Virus record (IMG/VR): IMGVR_UViG_3300018049_000024
Location: 1-53,799 of that record
DNA length: 53,799 nucleotides
Strand: one strand, 5' to 3'
Origin: a virus
Taxonomy: Duplodnaviria > Caudoviricetes
In this document: positions 19,892 through 29,195 of the stretch, in pieces
How positions within the stretch are numbered: the first letter of the stretch is position 1
Layout: every line of letters starts with the position of its first letter
Position numbers and translations under genes: made by a program
Notes under the pieces: generated by a model
What the model was told of the DNA's origin: nothing
What the model saw: only the letters and a program-made list of their open reading frames with translations
Databases searched by the model: none

Positions 19892-21450
19892 GTTATGTAT
19901 ATTATAATAATGACGGCTCAATAATAGCAGCATCAAATGATTTGTTAACAGATTTTGCAAATGCCAACATTTTAGAAATTGAGTTTGAAAAAATAGAAAA
20001 ATTGTTAGTTGGAGAGCATTTACCATCAGAGTATAATGTTTATAAAAATAAACTAGTCTATAAAAAAGAGAAAGTAGAATCAACATGGAAGTTAAAGGCT
20101 ATTACATTTTTTTATAAATATTTGAGAAGAGTTGAATCATATTATAATACCTATCATGACATACTTAAATATAAAGTAGCATTAATGACAACGACACCAT
20201 ATAGTCCCCCATCTAAATCTCTTTATCATCGTCCCCCATCTAAACCTATTCATCCAACAAGATGTGTTAATCCATATCTAAATTTAACAATACATCCAAG
20301 TGGTAAAGTTAAAGTATGTTGTATGAGTCATAAGTGGCTCACTACTGATTCTGGAGAGACTACTTTAAATAATGCTAGTTTGTTAGATTTTTGGAATTCA
20401 AAAGACAGAAAACGATTTATAAAACAATTAGAGAGTAAAATACAAGTTCCTGAATGTAAGGCTTGTTGGACTGAAGAAGCAGCAGGAAAAGATAGTAAAA
20501 GATTGCGAGATAATGCAGCATACAAACACATACCACACGATGAACAGTCTTTTCCAATAGTATTAGATTTAGGTATGGGAAACTTATGTAATTTAAAATG
20601 TCGTATTTGTTCAGCAGTTCATAGTACACCTATGTTAGCTGAAGAAGCTGAAATGTTGCAGCCAAACGATGTTGTTGGTTATATGAATCAAGATAAGTTC
20701 CGTATTACTCGTGAAAGTTTTGATCCTAATAATTCGTATGTTTGGGAAGATATAAAACCATTTCTAAAAAATGCTATGAGGTTTGATTTCTCAGGCGGAG
20801 AGCCTTTTTATATTGATTCGCATTGGCGTATAATAGATCATTGTGTAGAGAATGATTATGCGAAAGAACAAATAGTTCATTACAATACAAATGGATCAAT
20901 ATTTCCACAAAAGCATATTCACAAGTTAGATAAATTCAAATTAGTTGATATACAAATAAGTTCAGATGGTATAGGTAAACAATTTGAATATTTGAGAAGT
21001 GGTGTATCATTTGAATTGTCAGAACAAAATATAGATAAGTTTTTAGAAAGAAAAAAAGAAAGTAAAACTAATTGGTTATTAGGTGCTTGTCTAAGTGTAA
21101 GTGCTTTCAATGTTTTTGATTTTTTTGAAACTTATGAGCATTATACAGCAAAAGGTTTAGGGGTATATGTTAATTTTGTTCATGATAATGGTGGAATACG
21201 AGTGCTACCAACAGAAGTTAAAAATCATTTGATAGATAAACTTCAAAGGACTGAAAGTAAGTATAACAAAGCAGATTGGCGTAAAGTAAAAAACTCAATA
21301 TCAAGTATATTGAATAATACTGAGTTCGTAGAAGAAGATTGGCTTTGGTTTTGTAATAGATTTCAAAGTTTAGATAAAGTGAGAGAGGAAAGTTTTGAAC
21401 AAACTTTTCCAGAATACTATAAGTTATTAAAGGAATATATAAATGTTTAA
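19888..21450 (+). CDS. Twitch-domain radical SAM protein with extra N-terminal domain, 520 aa
   Basis: CVNPY..VCC..CKACW, CNLKCRIC, SGGEP, YNTNG. Confidence 0.9.
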   Translation: MSYVYYNNDGSIIAASNDLLTDFANANILEIEFEKIEKLLVGEHLPSEYNVYKNKLVYKKEKVESTWKLKAITFFYKYLRRVESYYNTYHDILKYKVALMTTTPYSPPSKSLYHRPPSKPIHPTRCVNPYLNLTIHPSGKVKVCCMSHKWLTTDSGETTLNNASLLDFWNSKDRKRFIKQLESKIQVPECKACWTEEAAGKDSKRLRDNAAYKHIPHDEQSFPIVLDLGMGNLCNLKCRICSAVHSTPMLAEEAEMLQPNDVVGYMNQDKFRITRESFDPNNSYVWEDIKPFLKNAMRFDFSGGEPFYIDSHWRIIDHCVENDYAKEQIVHYNTNGSIFPQKHIHKLDKFKLVDIQISSDGIGKQFEYLRSGVSFELSEQNIDKFLERKKESKTNWLLGACLSVSAFNVFDFFETYEHYTAKGLGVYVNFVHDNGGIRVLPTEVKNHLIDKLQRTESKYNKADWRKVKNSISSILNNTEFVEEDWLWFCNRFQSLDKVREESFEQTFPEYYKLLKEYINV

Positions 21451-22696
21451 TGGTAGCAAATATCAAGTCCATTGGGAACCATCAGATAGATGTAATAGTC
21501 GGTGTCCAATGTGCCCAAGGTATGATGACAGAGGTTATGAGACAAAGCATTTAGCAAATACTGAATGGACCTTAGCTCAGTTTAAGAAAGCATGGCCCTT
21601 AGATTTTTTATCTGTGAATCTTAAGAAAATATTATCGTGTGGTAATTTTGGAGATCCTTGTGCCTGTCGAGAGTTTGTGGATATTTATGAGTATGTTAGG
21701 GAAATAAATCCAACAGTTGGTTTAGCTTGTAACACAAATGCTAGTCTTAGGCAAACAGATTGGTGGGCTAGGTTAGGTGCTGTTATGACAAAAGAGCAAA
21801 ATGCAGGAAACTACTGTACGTTTAGTATAGATGGTTTGAAGGATACTAATCATATATATAGGCGTAATACAGATTTTGATAGGATTATAGAAAATGCTAA
21901 AGCATTTATTGATGCAGGCGGAGTAGCTCATTGGGATTTTATAGTATTTAGGCATAATGAGCATCAAGTAGAAGAAGCTAGAGATTTAGCTCGATCAATG
22001 GGATTTGAAAACTTCAATGTAAAGAAAACAACCCGTTGGCAACGATATGATGATGGTATTGGCAGTTATAAAGTATATCACAATGGCGAATACAAATATG
22101 ATTTGCAACAACCATCTGATAAAGCATTTAGACATCACTTTGAAGATGCTACTATGTTCCAAGGGGAAGAGAGACAATCTTTTAGACCCAGTGATTTTCA
22201 AAATATGGTTGGGAGACATAATTCTGAAAGAAGATGGGTAGGTGATAGTTGGCAAGACATTGATTTACATAAGTTAAATATTGCGTGTCGTAGCTCAGCT
22301 GGGGCTCGTATAAATTATTATAATGAGATTTATATTTCAGCAGATGGAACTGTTCATCCTTGCTGTTATTTAGGAAGTGAGATAGTAAAAAGTCATAATG
22401 AAGTAGCAGATCAAAATTATTTAGATATGTTACAACTTGATGGCGGTTATGAGATGTTTAATATGCATAAGTATAACTTATGGGATATCTTAGATAGAAA
22501 AACATTTAGGGAATATTTACCTAGCTCGTGGGATTTAGAAAAAGGAAATGTTTCAATGCGTCCTCAAAAATGTGGAGCGTGTTGTGGTGTTGAATGGAAT
22601 TGTTTAGATTACGGTGAGCTTGGCGATAAAAATGAAGGTTACTTTGTAAAAGAAGATACAAAAATTGAAGCACAGGAATCAGAAAATGAAATCTAG
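21443..22696 (+). CDS. Radical SAM protein with C-terminal SPASM/twitch-like domain, 417 aa
   Basis: CNSRCPMC near the N-terminus, GNFGDP, FSIDG; C-terminal C..ISADGTVHPCC..CGACC. Confidence 0.9.
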   Translation: MFNGSKYQVHWEPSDRCNSRCPMCPRYDDRGYETKHLANTEWTLAQFKKAWPLDFLSVNLKKILSCGNFGDPCACREFVDIYEYVREINPTVGLACNTNASLRQTDWWARLGAVMTKEQNAGNYCTFSIDGLKDTNHIYRRNTDFDRIIENAKAFIDAGGVAHWDFIVFRHNEHQVEEARDLARSMGFENFNVKKTTRWQRYDDGIGSYKVYHNGEYKYDLQQPSDKAFRHHFEDATMFQGEERQSFRPSDFQNMVGRHNSERRWVGDSWQDIDLHKLNIACRSSAGARINYYNEIYISADGTVHPCCYLGSEIVKSHNEVADQNYLDMLQLDGGYEMFNMHKYNLWDILDRKTFREYLPSSWDLEKGNVSMRPQKCGACCGVEWNCLDYGELGDKNEGYFVKEDTKIEAQESENEI

Positions 22697-23894
22697 CAAT
22701 TATTGCGTACTGCCATTTAAAAGTTTTAGCACAAATCCATCAGGTGAGATCAGAGTATGTTGTAATAATGGACACATGCCAGCCCCGTATCAAAAAATAT
22801 CTGAAACTGAAGATGTATTGAATAGTAGGTTTATCCAAGATATTAGGCAACAGTTTATTAATAATGAAAAACCAAGCATATGTGATAGATGCTGGAAACA
22901 AGAAGAAGCACAAGTTCGTAGTTTTCGTCATTATGCAAATAATGATTTACTTTTTGGTATAAAAGATGATGACGAGTCATCTAAGGCTAACGTTAAAGTT
23001 TCTTTTGAAGATATAGAGTATTGCGATATTAGCATAGGAAATCATTGTAACCTTGCTTGTAGAATGTGCAACCCTTTTAGTAGTAGTCTAGTTGGTAAAG
23101 AATTTGCTTCTATGGAAGGACTTCCAGAACCAAATTTAATAGGCCCAACACCAGATGAGAAGAAAAAAATATATGAGATTTTAGAAAAAGCAGTAAATTT
23201 AAATACTGTTTATTTGTTAGGCGGTGAGCCGTTGATTACAGATTTACATGAAGAAATATTAGATTTATTAATTGATTCAGGTAAAGCTCAGAATGTTGTT
23301 CTTAGGCTTAGCACTAATTTGCAAACAAATAAACTAGATAAGTTTATTGAGAAATGGGTTAAGTTTAGGCAATTAGCGATTCAAGTTAGTATAGATGGTT
23401 ATGACAATATGTATGAGTATATTAGATGGCCCGGCAAATGGAGTAAAATAGATGAGAATTTTAGACATTTGATAGATGCTACAAAATTATCAAAAAGAAA
23501 ATTGCTCCCAAGTATCGCAACTACTATTCAAAATATAAACTGCCATAGTATTTTAGATTTGGTAGAAAATTATTGTATGACAAATAGATATCCAGTATCG
23601 TTTTATTTTATACCAGTAACTTCAGGCGAGGATTTATATATGACTCCAAAGAAGACTTTGATGGAGGTTTTTAAGAGACAAGAAAGGTTACAGCACAAAC
23701 TGGGAGGATATATACCTTTAAGTGATTTAGAAAAATATTTAACAAGTGCTATGAGTCGAAAACCTACTAAAGATGAAGTAACGAAATTTTTTGACAAGTA
23801 TAAAAAGTTTGATATTAGACGAAAACAAAATTTATTTGAGGCTGCTCCTTTTATGGAAAATTTAGCTAAGGAGTTTAAGATTACGACATGGTGA
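22686..23894 (+). CDS. Twitch-domain radical SAM protein, 402 aa
   Basis: YCVLPF..VCC..CDRCW, CNLACRMC, LGGEP, VSIDG; start moved to ATG 22686. Confidence 0.9.
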   Translation: MKSSNYCVLPFKSFSTNPSGEIRVCCNNGHMPAPYQKISETEDVLNSRFIQDIRQQFINNEKPSICDRCWKQEEAQVRSFRHYANNDLLFGIKDDDESSKANVKVSFEDIEYCDISIGNHCNLACRMCNPFSSSLVGKEFASMEGLPEPNLIGPTPDEKKKIYEILEKAVNLNTVYLLGGEPLITDLHEEILDLLIDSGKAQNVVLRLSTNLQTNKLDKFIEKWVKFRQLAIQVSIDGYDNMYEYIRWPGKWSKIDENFRHLIDATKLSKRKLLPSIATTIQNINCHSILDLVENYCMTNRYPVSFYFIPVTSGEDLYMTPKKTLMEVFKRQERLQHKLGGYIPLSDLEKYLTSAMSRKPTKDEVTKFFDKYKKFDIRRKQNLFEAAPFMENLAKEFKITTW

Positions 23895-24547
23895 TAAAAT
23901 CATTAGAAGTTGTAAATAAGAATCCTGCAATATTGCATGTAGAAATTCATCCATTTACTAGTAAAGAGATTTTAGGTAGGTTGATGAATAGAAACAATTA
24001 TGAAACTCAAACCCAAAGGGGTGGATATGGAGAGTTGTCTATATCTTCTTCTAGAATGCCTATGAAGCAAGATTCTGAGTTACACAAAAAAATTAATAAA
24101 CCAGAGTTTAAAAAAGAGTTTGGTTTTGAGGTATCGTGGCAATTCTTACAATTAGAAACTATCCGATACCCAATGACAACGCCTTATAAAAATCGTTATA
24201 AACGATATTATGAGCAATTGTTGGAACATGAGTTTAGAGTAGAACCTACAATAGATTTGTCAGGTTACTATTTAGATTCTCATATAGATAATAGATATAT
24301 AATGTGGTCTGGTAGTATAAATTTAATAGAAAATCAAAACTCAACAGTTCTTTTTGATAAGGATCAACAACTTGGTAATGGACATCTTAACTCAACACCA
24401 ATATATGAAGGAAGTAGAAAACGTTGGGAAGGAACTTGTTGGTTAAACACCGAAATTACTTGGCATGGTGTTACGCCAGTCCCAGAGGGCGCTGATAGAC
24501 ATACACTACTTCTTAATCAGTTTTTAATATCACCGCCCGTCTGTTAA
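23888..24547 (+). CDS. 2OG-Fe(II) oxygenase-like protein, 219 aa
   Basis: HxD (SHID), distal His (TWHGV) and downstream Arg (RHTLL). Confidence 0.65.
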   Translation: MVIKSLEVVNKNPAILHVEIHPFTSKEILGRLMNRNNYETQTQRGGYGELSISSSRMPMKQDSELHKKINKPEFKKEFGFEVSWQFLQLETIRYPMTTPYKNRYKRYYEQLLEHEFRVEPTIDLSGYYLDSHIDNRYIMWSGSINLIENQNSTVLFDKDQQLGNGHLNSTPIYEGSRKRWEGTCWLNTEITWHGVTPVPEGADRHTLLLNQFLISPPVC

Positions 24548-24552
24548 AATGG

Positions 24553-25197
24553 CTAAATCCAGGTACTTCCGTCTTTATTAAATGTTTTGCCATTATCTTT
24601 AGGTTCTATTTTTTCTATAACATTGAGTATTGCTTCAGCATCTTTAACCTCATCACCTTTTGGAAACCAAATAGGATTGATAGCAAAAAATATTCCAGGA
24701 TGTGCAGAGGCAAACCCTCTCATAATAAACAAATGCATAGATTTCATAGATCCGTACCCGGCATAACCCCAATGATTTGGATCCTTCCCGTCAATCAAAC
24801 CTGTTAGCATCCAACCAACTTTTGTTGATTTATTTATAGAGTTTGTTAGCTTGTGAACTAACCGATATGACATCATACTATCTCTTTTCAATATATCTGC
24901 CCAGCTATCTTCTGAAAACATACAGTTAGGCCTAAACCATTCATTGTTAGGACCGCCTCCTCCATTTTGATTAAAGAAAATTAGATCATAAGTTTTCTGT
25001 GATAAGTTTTCAGATATTGTATCAACTACTGGTCCAGTATATTGCTGCCAATCTACTTTGTGAGGATTGACATTTGGAGTGCCTGAGAAATTGTCAGAGC
25101 TTGTAATCAAATCAATGTGATAATTTTTTGTTAGTAAGTAACGGGTAAAGTCTGCTCCCCATTTACTACCACAACCAATTAATAGAGCATTTTTCAT
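24553..25197 (-). CDS. Short-chain dehydrogenase/reductase (SDR)-like protein, 214 aa
   Basis: N-terminal ALLIGCGSKWG Rossmann motif, YGSMK (YxxxK), INP; AAGGC/AGG upstream. Confidence 0.7.
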   Translation of the reverse strand: MKNALLIGCGSKWGADFTRYLLTKNYHIDLITSSDNFSGTPNVNPHKVDWQQYTGPVVDTISENLSQKTYDLIFFNQNGGGGPNNEWFRPNCMFSEDSWADILKRDSMMSYRLVHKLTNSINKSTKVGWMLTGLIDGKDPNHWGYAGYGSMKSMHLFIMRGFASAHPGIFFAINPIWFPKGDEVKDAEAILNVIEKIEPKDNGKTFNKDGSTWI

Positions 25198-25215
25198 TAG
25201 GTGCCTTTCTTCTAA

Positions 25216-25236
25216 ATAAATACTACTATTATTTAT
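25216..25236. promoter_or_regulatory. Pair of oppositely oriented putative late promoters (ATAAATA on each strand)
   Basis: ATAAATA at 25216-25222 (+) and 25230-25236 (-) in the 50-bp gap between divergent genes. Confidence 0.45.
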
Positions 25237-25247
25237 TAAACCTTTTT

Positions 25248-26897
25248 ATGTATGATATATTTTATATAGGCCCAAAGAACGATTCTTACCAAAAGCTAAA
25301 AAATAAAATTCTAACATTACGACAAGCTGATACTTTTGAGAGTGCTAATAAAAAATGCATTACTAAATTCTTTTGGTGTGTTTGGGATGATATTATAATA
25401 GAGGATGATTTTACATTTGATTATGCACCAGATGAGTGGAGTCAAGATGTACCTCATGTTTTTAAGAATGGTGCGTTATATGATGGTGTATGGTTAGTTC
25501 CAAAGAAAAATACTATAAGAACTAAAGAGATTGAGTATAGATTTTTAGTAAGTAAAAAAGAAATCCCAATTGTTGCAAGCACTCCTCGACCTTATGAGAT
25601 TTTTATTATCGATACTATGGAGCAGTATGAGCAAGCATTGGCAAGCTCTAAGACAGAAATGTTTTTTGGTGTTTCATCTATGGTTGATATAATTGATATG
25701 CCTGACGTTTATTTTAGAGTAAGCAAAGCTGAAGAATATAATAGGAAAGAAAATCATGCTTGGTTAAACGATGTATGTGGTGAACTAAAATATGATGGAT
25801 TATACTTATTTTCCAAACATAAACCTGTATCAAAAAAAGAGATAGAATATAGACATCTTGTTTATAAAAAAGAATACGAAACTATAGCAACAAGAGCAAG
25901 TAAATATCCAATATATACAATTGATACATATGATGACTATGAACATGCTCTAAATACTTGTAAAACTGAAATGTTTTTTGGAACAAGTAAGGGCATTGAT
26001 ATATTAGATTTTGATTTTGATATTTTTTATACATATAGGGGCAATGAGTTTGAATATGAAAGAAAAGAAAATCACGCCTTCAAAAATATATGTAACGGGG
26101 AAGAAAAATATAATGGTATATTCTTGTTATCAAAACATAAACAGTTGTCAAAAAGAGAGCTACAATTTAGACATATTGTATATAAAAAGGAATGGAACAT
26201 TGTAGCTAGTAAGCATAAGCCATATGATGTAGTGTTTATGAGTTATGATGAAGAATATGCTGATGAGAATTATGAGAATTTATTAAAGAAAGCACCTCAC
26301 GCTACCCGTGTTCATGGAGTAAAAGGAATTCACCAAGCTCATATAGCAGCAGCAAAACAGTGTTCATCAGAAATGATTTGGATTGTAGATGCTGATGCTA
26401 TAATAATGGATGATTTTAATTTTGAGTTGTTTGTAGAAAAATGGGATAGAGAAACTGTTCATGTTTGGCGCTCTAAAAATCCTATAAATGATTTAGTGTA
26501 TGGTTATGGCGGGGTAAAACTTTTTCCAAGAGAGCTTACAATCAATATGGACACTAGTAAGCCAGATATGACAACTAGCATTACACACAAGTTTAAGGCA
26601 ATGCCAGCAATATCAAATATTACAGCATTCAATACAGATCCGTTCAATACTTGGAAGTCTGCGTTTAGAGAATGTTGCAAGCTAAGTTCAAAAATTATTG
26701 ATAGGCAAAGGGCTAAGGAAACAGAAGAAAGATTACATATATGGTGTACTGTAGGGGATGATAAAGAGTTTGGAGAATATGCTATATCTGGAGCTAAAGC
26801 AGGAGCAGCATATGGCTCTAGAAATAAAGAAAATTTAGAAGCACTAAAGAAAATAAACGATTTTGATTGGTTAAAGAATTATTATAATGAAATCTAA
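25248..26897 (+). CDS. Glycosyltransferase-like protein with three N-terminal repeats, 549 aa
   Basis: C-terminal domain SYDE..RVHGVKG..WIVDAD..YGYGGVKLF..WKSAFRE; three repeats of about 105-115 aa precede it. Confidence 0.7.
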   Translation: MYDIFYIGPKNDSYQKLKNKILTLRQADTFESANKKCITKFFWCVWDDIIIEDDFTFDYAPDEWSQDVPHVFKNGALYDGVWLVPKKNTIRTKEIEYRFLVSKKEIPIVASTPRPYEIFIIDTMEQYEQALASSKTEMFFGVSSMVDIIDMPDVYFRVSKAEEYNRKENHAWLNDVCGELKYDGLYLFSKHKPVSKKEIEYRHLVYKKEYETIATRASKYPIYTIDTYDDYEHALNTCKTEMFFGTSKGIDILDFDFDIFYTYRGNEFEYERKENHAFKNICNGEEKYNGIFLLSKHKQLSKRELQFRHIVYKKEWNIVASKHKPYDVVFMSYDEEYADENYENLLKKAPHATRVHGVKGIHQAHIAAAKQCSSEMIWIVDADAIIMDDFNFELFVEKWDRETVHVWRSKNPINDLVYGYGGVKLFPRELTINMDTSKPDMTTSITHKFKAMPAISNITAFNTDPFNTWKSAFRECCKLSSKIIDRQRAKETEERLHIWCTVGDDKEFGEYAISGAKAGAAYGSRNKENLEALKKINDFDWLKNYYNEI

Positions 26898-27429
26898 ATA
26901 TATTTTTATAACAGGCGCTCCAGGAAGCAAGTGGAGTAGCTACAGCCAAAAAATAAGGCAATGGGATACAATAGATAACTCAGATTGTAATCAGCTTCGA
27001 TCTTATACCCACAATCAATTCTCAGGACATAAAGGGGTGTACTTTGGCCCTGAGATGGAATACGGCGATTGGCTCAAAGATGGGTTTTATCCTAACAAAC
27101 TAGAAGAAGATGTAAAGTCAATATGGACAGGAGATGGGCAAAAAATATTGATGAGCCATAATTGGTGTTATTACTTTGATGAAATTTTATATGCTTATCC
27201 CACAGCAACAATCATAACAGTGCAGAGAAAAAATGATAAGTGTTTTGAATGGTGGAAACAGGCAGGTGGTTGGGGAATTACATACCCTAGCTATAGTTGG
27301 TATAAAAATGATGATAGGATGAAAGAAGAAATTAGTAAGCAAAATAAATGTATTGAAGATTATATTGAGAAACATAAATTAGAGAGAACATATTTTGAAG
27401 ATATAACATCAACTATAAATATAAAATGA
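26887..27429 (+). CDS. P-loop / sulfotransferase-like protein, 180 aa
   Basis: N-terminal IFITGAPGSKWS and IITVQR strand; family call is tentative. Confidence 0.45.
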   Translation: MKSKYIFITGAPGSKWSSYSQKIRQWDTIDNSDCNQLRSYTHNQFSGHKGVYFGPEMEYGDWLKDGFYPNKLEEDVKSIWTGDGQKILMSHNWCYYFDEILYAYPTATIITVQRKNDKCFEWWKQAGGWGITYPSYSWYKNDDRMKEEISKQNKCIEDYIEKHKLERTYFEDITSTINIK

Positions 27430-28130
27430 AAAATATTGAATGGCAAGACGATAGAGATATATATGGAAGAATGTTGTTACTTACAGATTCTTTTTTGTTT
27501 AATGGGTTGCGTAATGCTGTAGATCATTATGATGCAGATTTTACAGATGCATTAACCTGGGGGCAGCTAAAAAGTAAAAGATGGTTATTACAAGAATTGC
27601 ACAAATGCAATAAAGAAGATTTAGGAACTGTCTTTTTATGTGCTGGTTGGTATGCTATTTTAGCTGGTATGCTATTTGAAGATAGTTTTAATATAGATAG
27701 AATATTATCATTTGACATTGATGTAGATTGCGTTCCTATTGCTGAAACAATCAATAAAAAATATGTATCAAAAGATTGGCAATTTAAAGCACTCCAATAC
27801 GATATACATGATATAACATATAAAGATTTTTCTTGGACATTTTGGAGTAATAAAAATAATAGGATGAGCTATCCTATAACTGAATCTGCTGATACTGTTA
27901 TCAATACAAGTTGTGAGCATATTGATAACTTTAAATTGTGGTATGATTCTTTACCTTTTGGCATATTACTAATACTACAAACAAATAATTATTTTGAAAT
28001 AGAAGATCATATTAACTGCTCAGAGTCATTAGAGAATTTTGCAGCCAGTACACCAATGGATAAAGTGTTATATGAAGGTGAGTTAGATTGTAACAAATAT
28101 ACAAGGTTTATGAGGATAGGAATAAAGTAA
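27426..28130 (+). CDS. Class I SAM-dependent methyltransferase-like protein, 234 aa
   Basis: VFLCAGWY (motif I variant), SFDID, DTVINTSCEH; TATAAATA at 27414-27421 just upstream. Confidence 0.65.
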   Translation: MKNIEWQDDRDIYGRMLLLTDSFLFNGLRNAVDHYDADFTDALTWGQLKSKRWLLQELHKCNKEDLGTVFLCAGWYAILAGMLFEDSFNIDRILSFDIDVDCVPIAETINKKYVSKDWQFKALQYDIHDITYKDFSWTFWSNKNNRMSYPITESADTVINTSCEHIDNFKLWYDSLPFGILLILQTNNYFEIEDHINCSESLENFAASTPMDKVLYEGELDCNKYTRFMRIGIK

Positions 28131-29195
28131 ATGTACAAGTATTCAGACATCCGCCAAATCCACTTAGAGGTTACCCAAAAATGCAATGCCTCCTGTCCAA
28201 TGTGCGATAGGAACCAAAATGGGGGTGATATTAATCCACATATAAATCTAGATGAACTAACATTACAAGACTGCCAAAAAATATTTGAGCCAGAGTTTAT
28301 ACAACAATTAGACGCTATGTATATGTGCGGTAATCTTGGAGATCCAATAATTGCTAAAGATACAATAAAAATATTTGAATATTTTAGGGATCATAATGAG
28401 CATATGTGGCTGTCTATGAATACGAACGGCGGCGCACGGGACAGAGAGTGGTGGCAAATGCTCGCTAGGATACTTAGAAAGCCCGCTGTTGTGATTTTTT
28501 CAGTAGATGGGTTAGCTGATACTAATCATTTATATCGTCAAGGTGTGATATGGGAACACGTTGAAATGAATATGAGGGCGTTTATTGAAGCAGGCGGCAG
28601 GGCTCGTTGGGATTTTTTAGTATTTGAACATAATCAACATCAAATAGAAGAAGCCAGGGCATTGGCAGAGAGTTGGGGAGTAGAAAGATTTGTAACTAAA
28701 AAGACAGCTAGGTTTGTGACAGCTAATGCAAAGCCAAAAGAAAACCACCAAGCAGTAAATCGTAAAGGCGAAAAAACACAAGAGCTAAAAAAGCCAACTG
28801 AAGAATACCAAAACGCCGCTGCGAAAAAATTACCAGACCTTATTGAAAAATATGGCACGATAGAAGATTATACATCTAAAGTTCCTATTGAGTGTAAAGT
28901 TAAAAAAGATAATAGTTTATTTGTTTCAGCAGAAGGTTTATTATTGCCTTGTTGCTGGACTGCCGGTAGAATGTATAAATGGTGGTTAGAAAATCCATAT
29001 AAAGAACAAATCTGGGGATATATTAATCAAGCTGGCGGAAAAAGTAGTATCAATGCTAAGAAAGTGGGGATGAAAGCAGTGTTTGAAACAGGAATATTTG
29101 ATTCTATAGAAAAATCTTTTACTAATAATAGAATGAGAGTTTGTGCGCTAAAATGTGGAGTTGAACTTGATTTAGTGAAGTCTCAATATGAGTAA
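28131..29195 (+). CDS. Radical SAM protein with C-terminal SPASM/twitch-like domain, 354 aa
   Basis: CNASCPMC, GNLGDP, FSVDG, LPCCW..CALKC; paralog of 21443. Confidence 0.9.
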   Translation: MYKYSDIRQIHLEVTQKCNASCPMCDRNQNGGDINPHINLDELTLQDCQKIFEPEFIQQLDAMYMCGNLGDPIIAKDTIKIFEYFRDHNEHMWLSMNTNGGARDREWWQMLARILRKPAVVIFSVDGLADTNHLYRQGVIWEHVEMNMRAFIEAGGRARWDFLVFEHNQHQIEEARALAESWGVERFVTKKTARFVTANAKPKENHQAVNRKGEKTQELKKPTEEYQNAAAKKLPDLIEKYGTIEDYTSKVPIECKVKKDNSLFVSAEGLLLPCCWTAGRMYKWWLENPYKEQIWGYINQAGGKSSINAKKVGMKAVFETGIFDSIEKSFTNNRMRVCALKCGVELDLVKSQYE

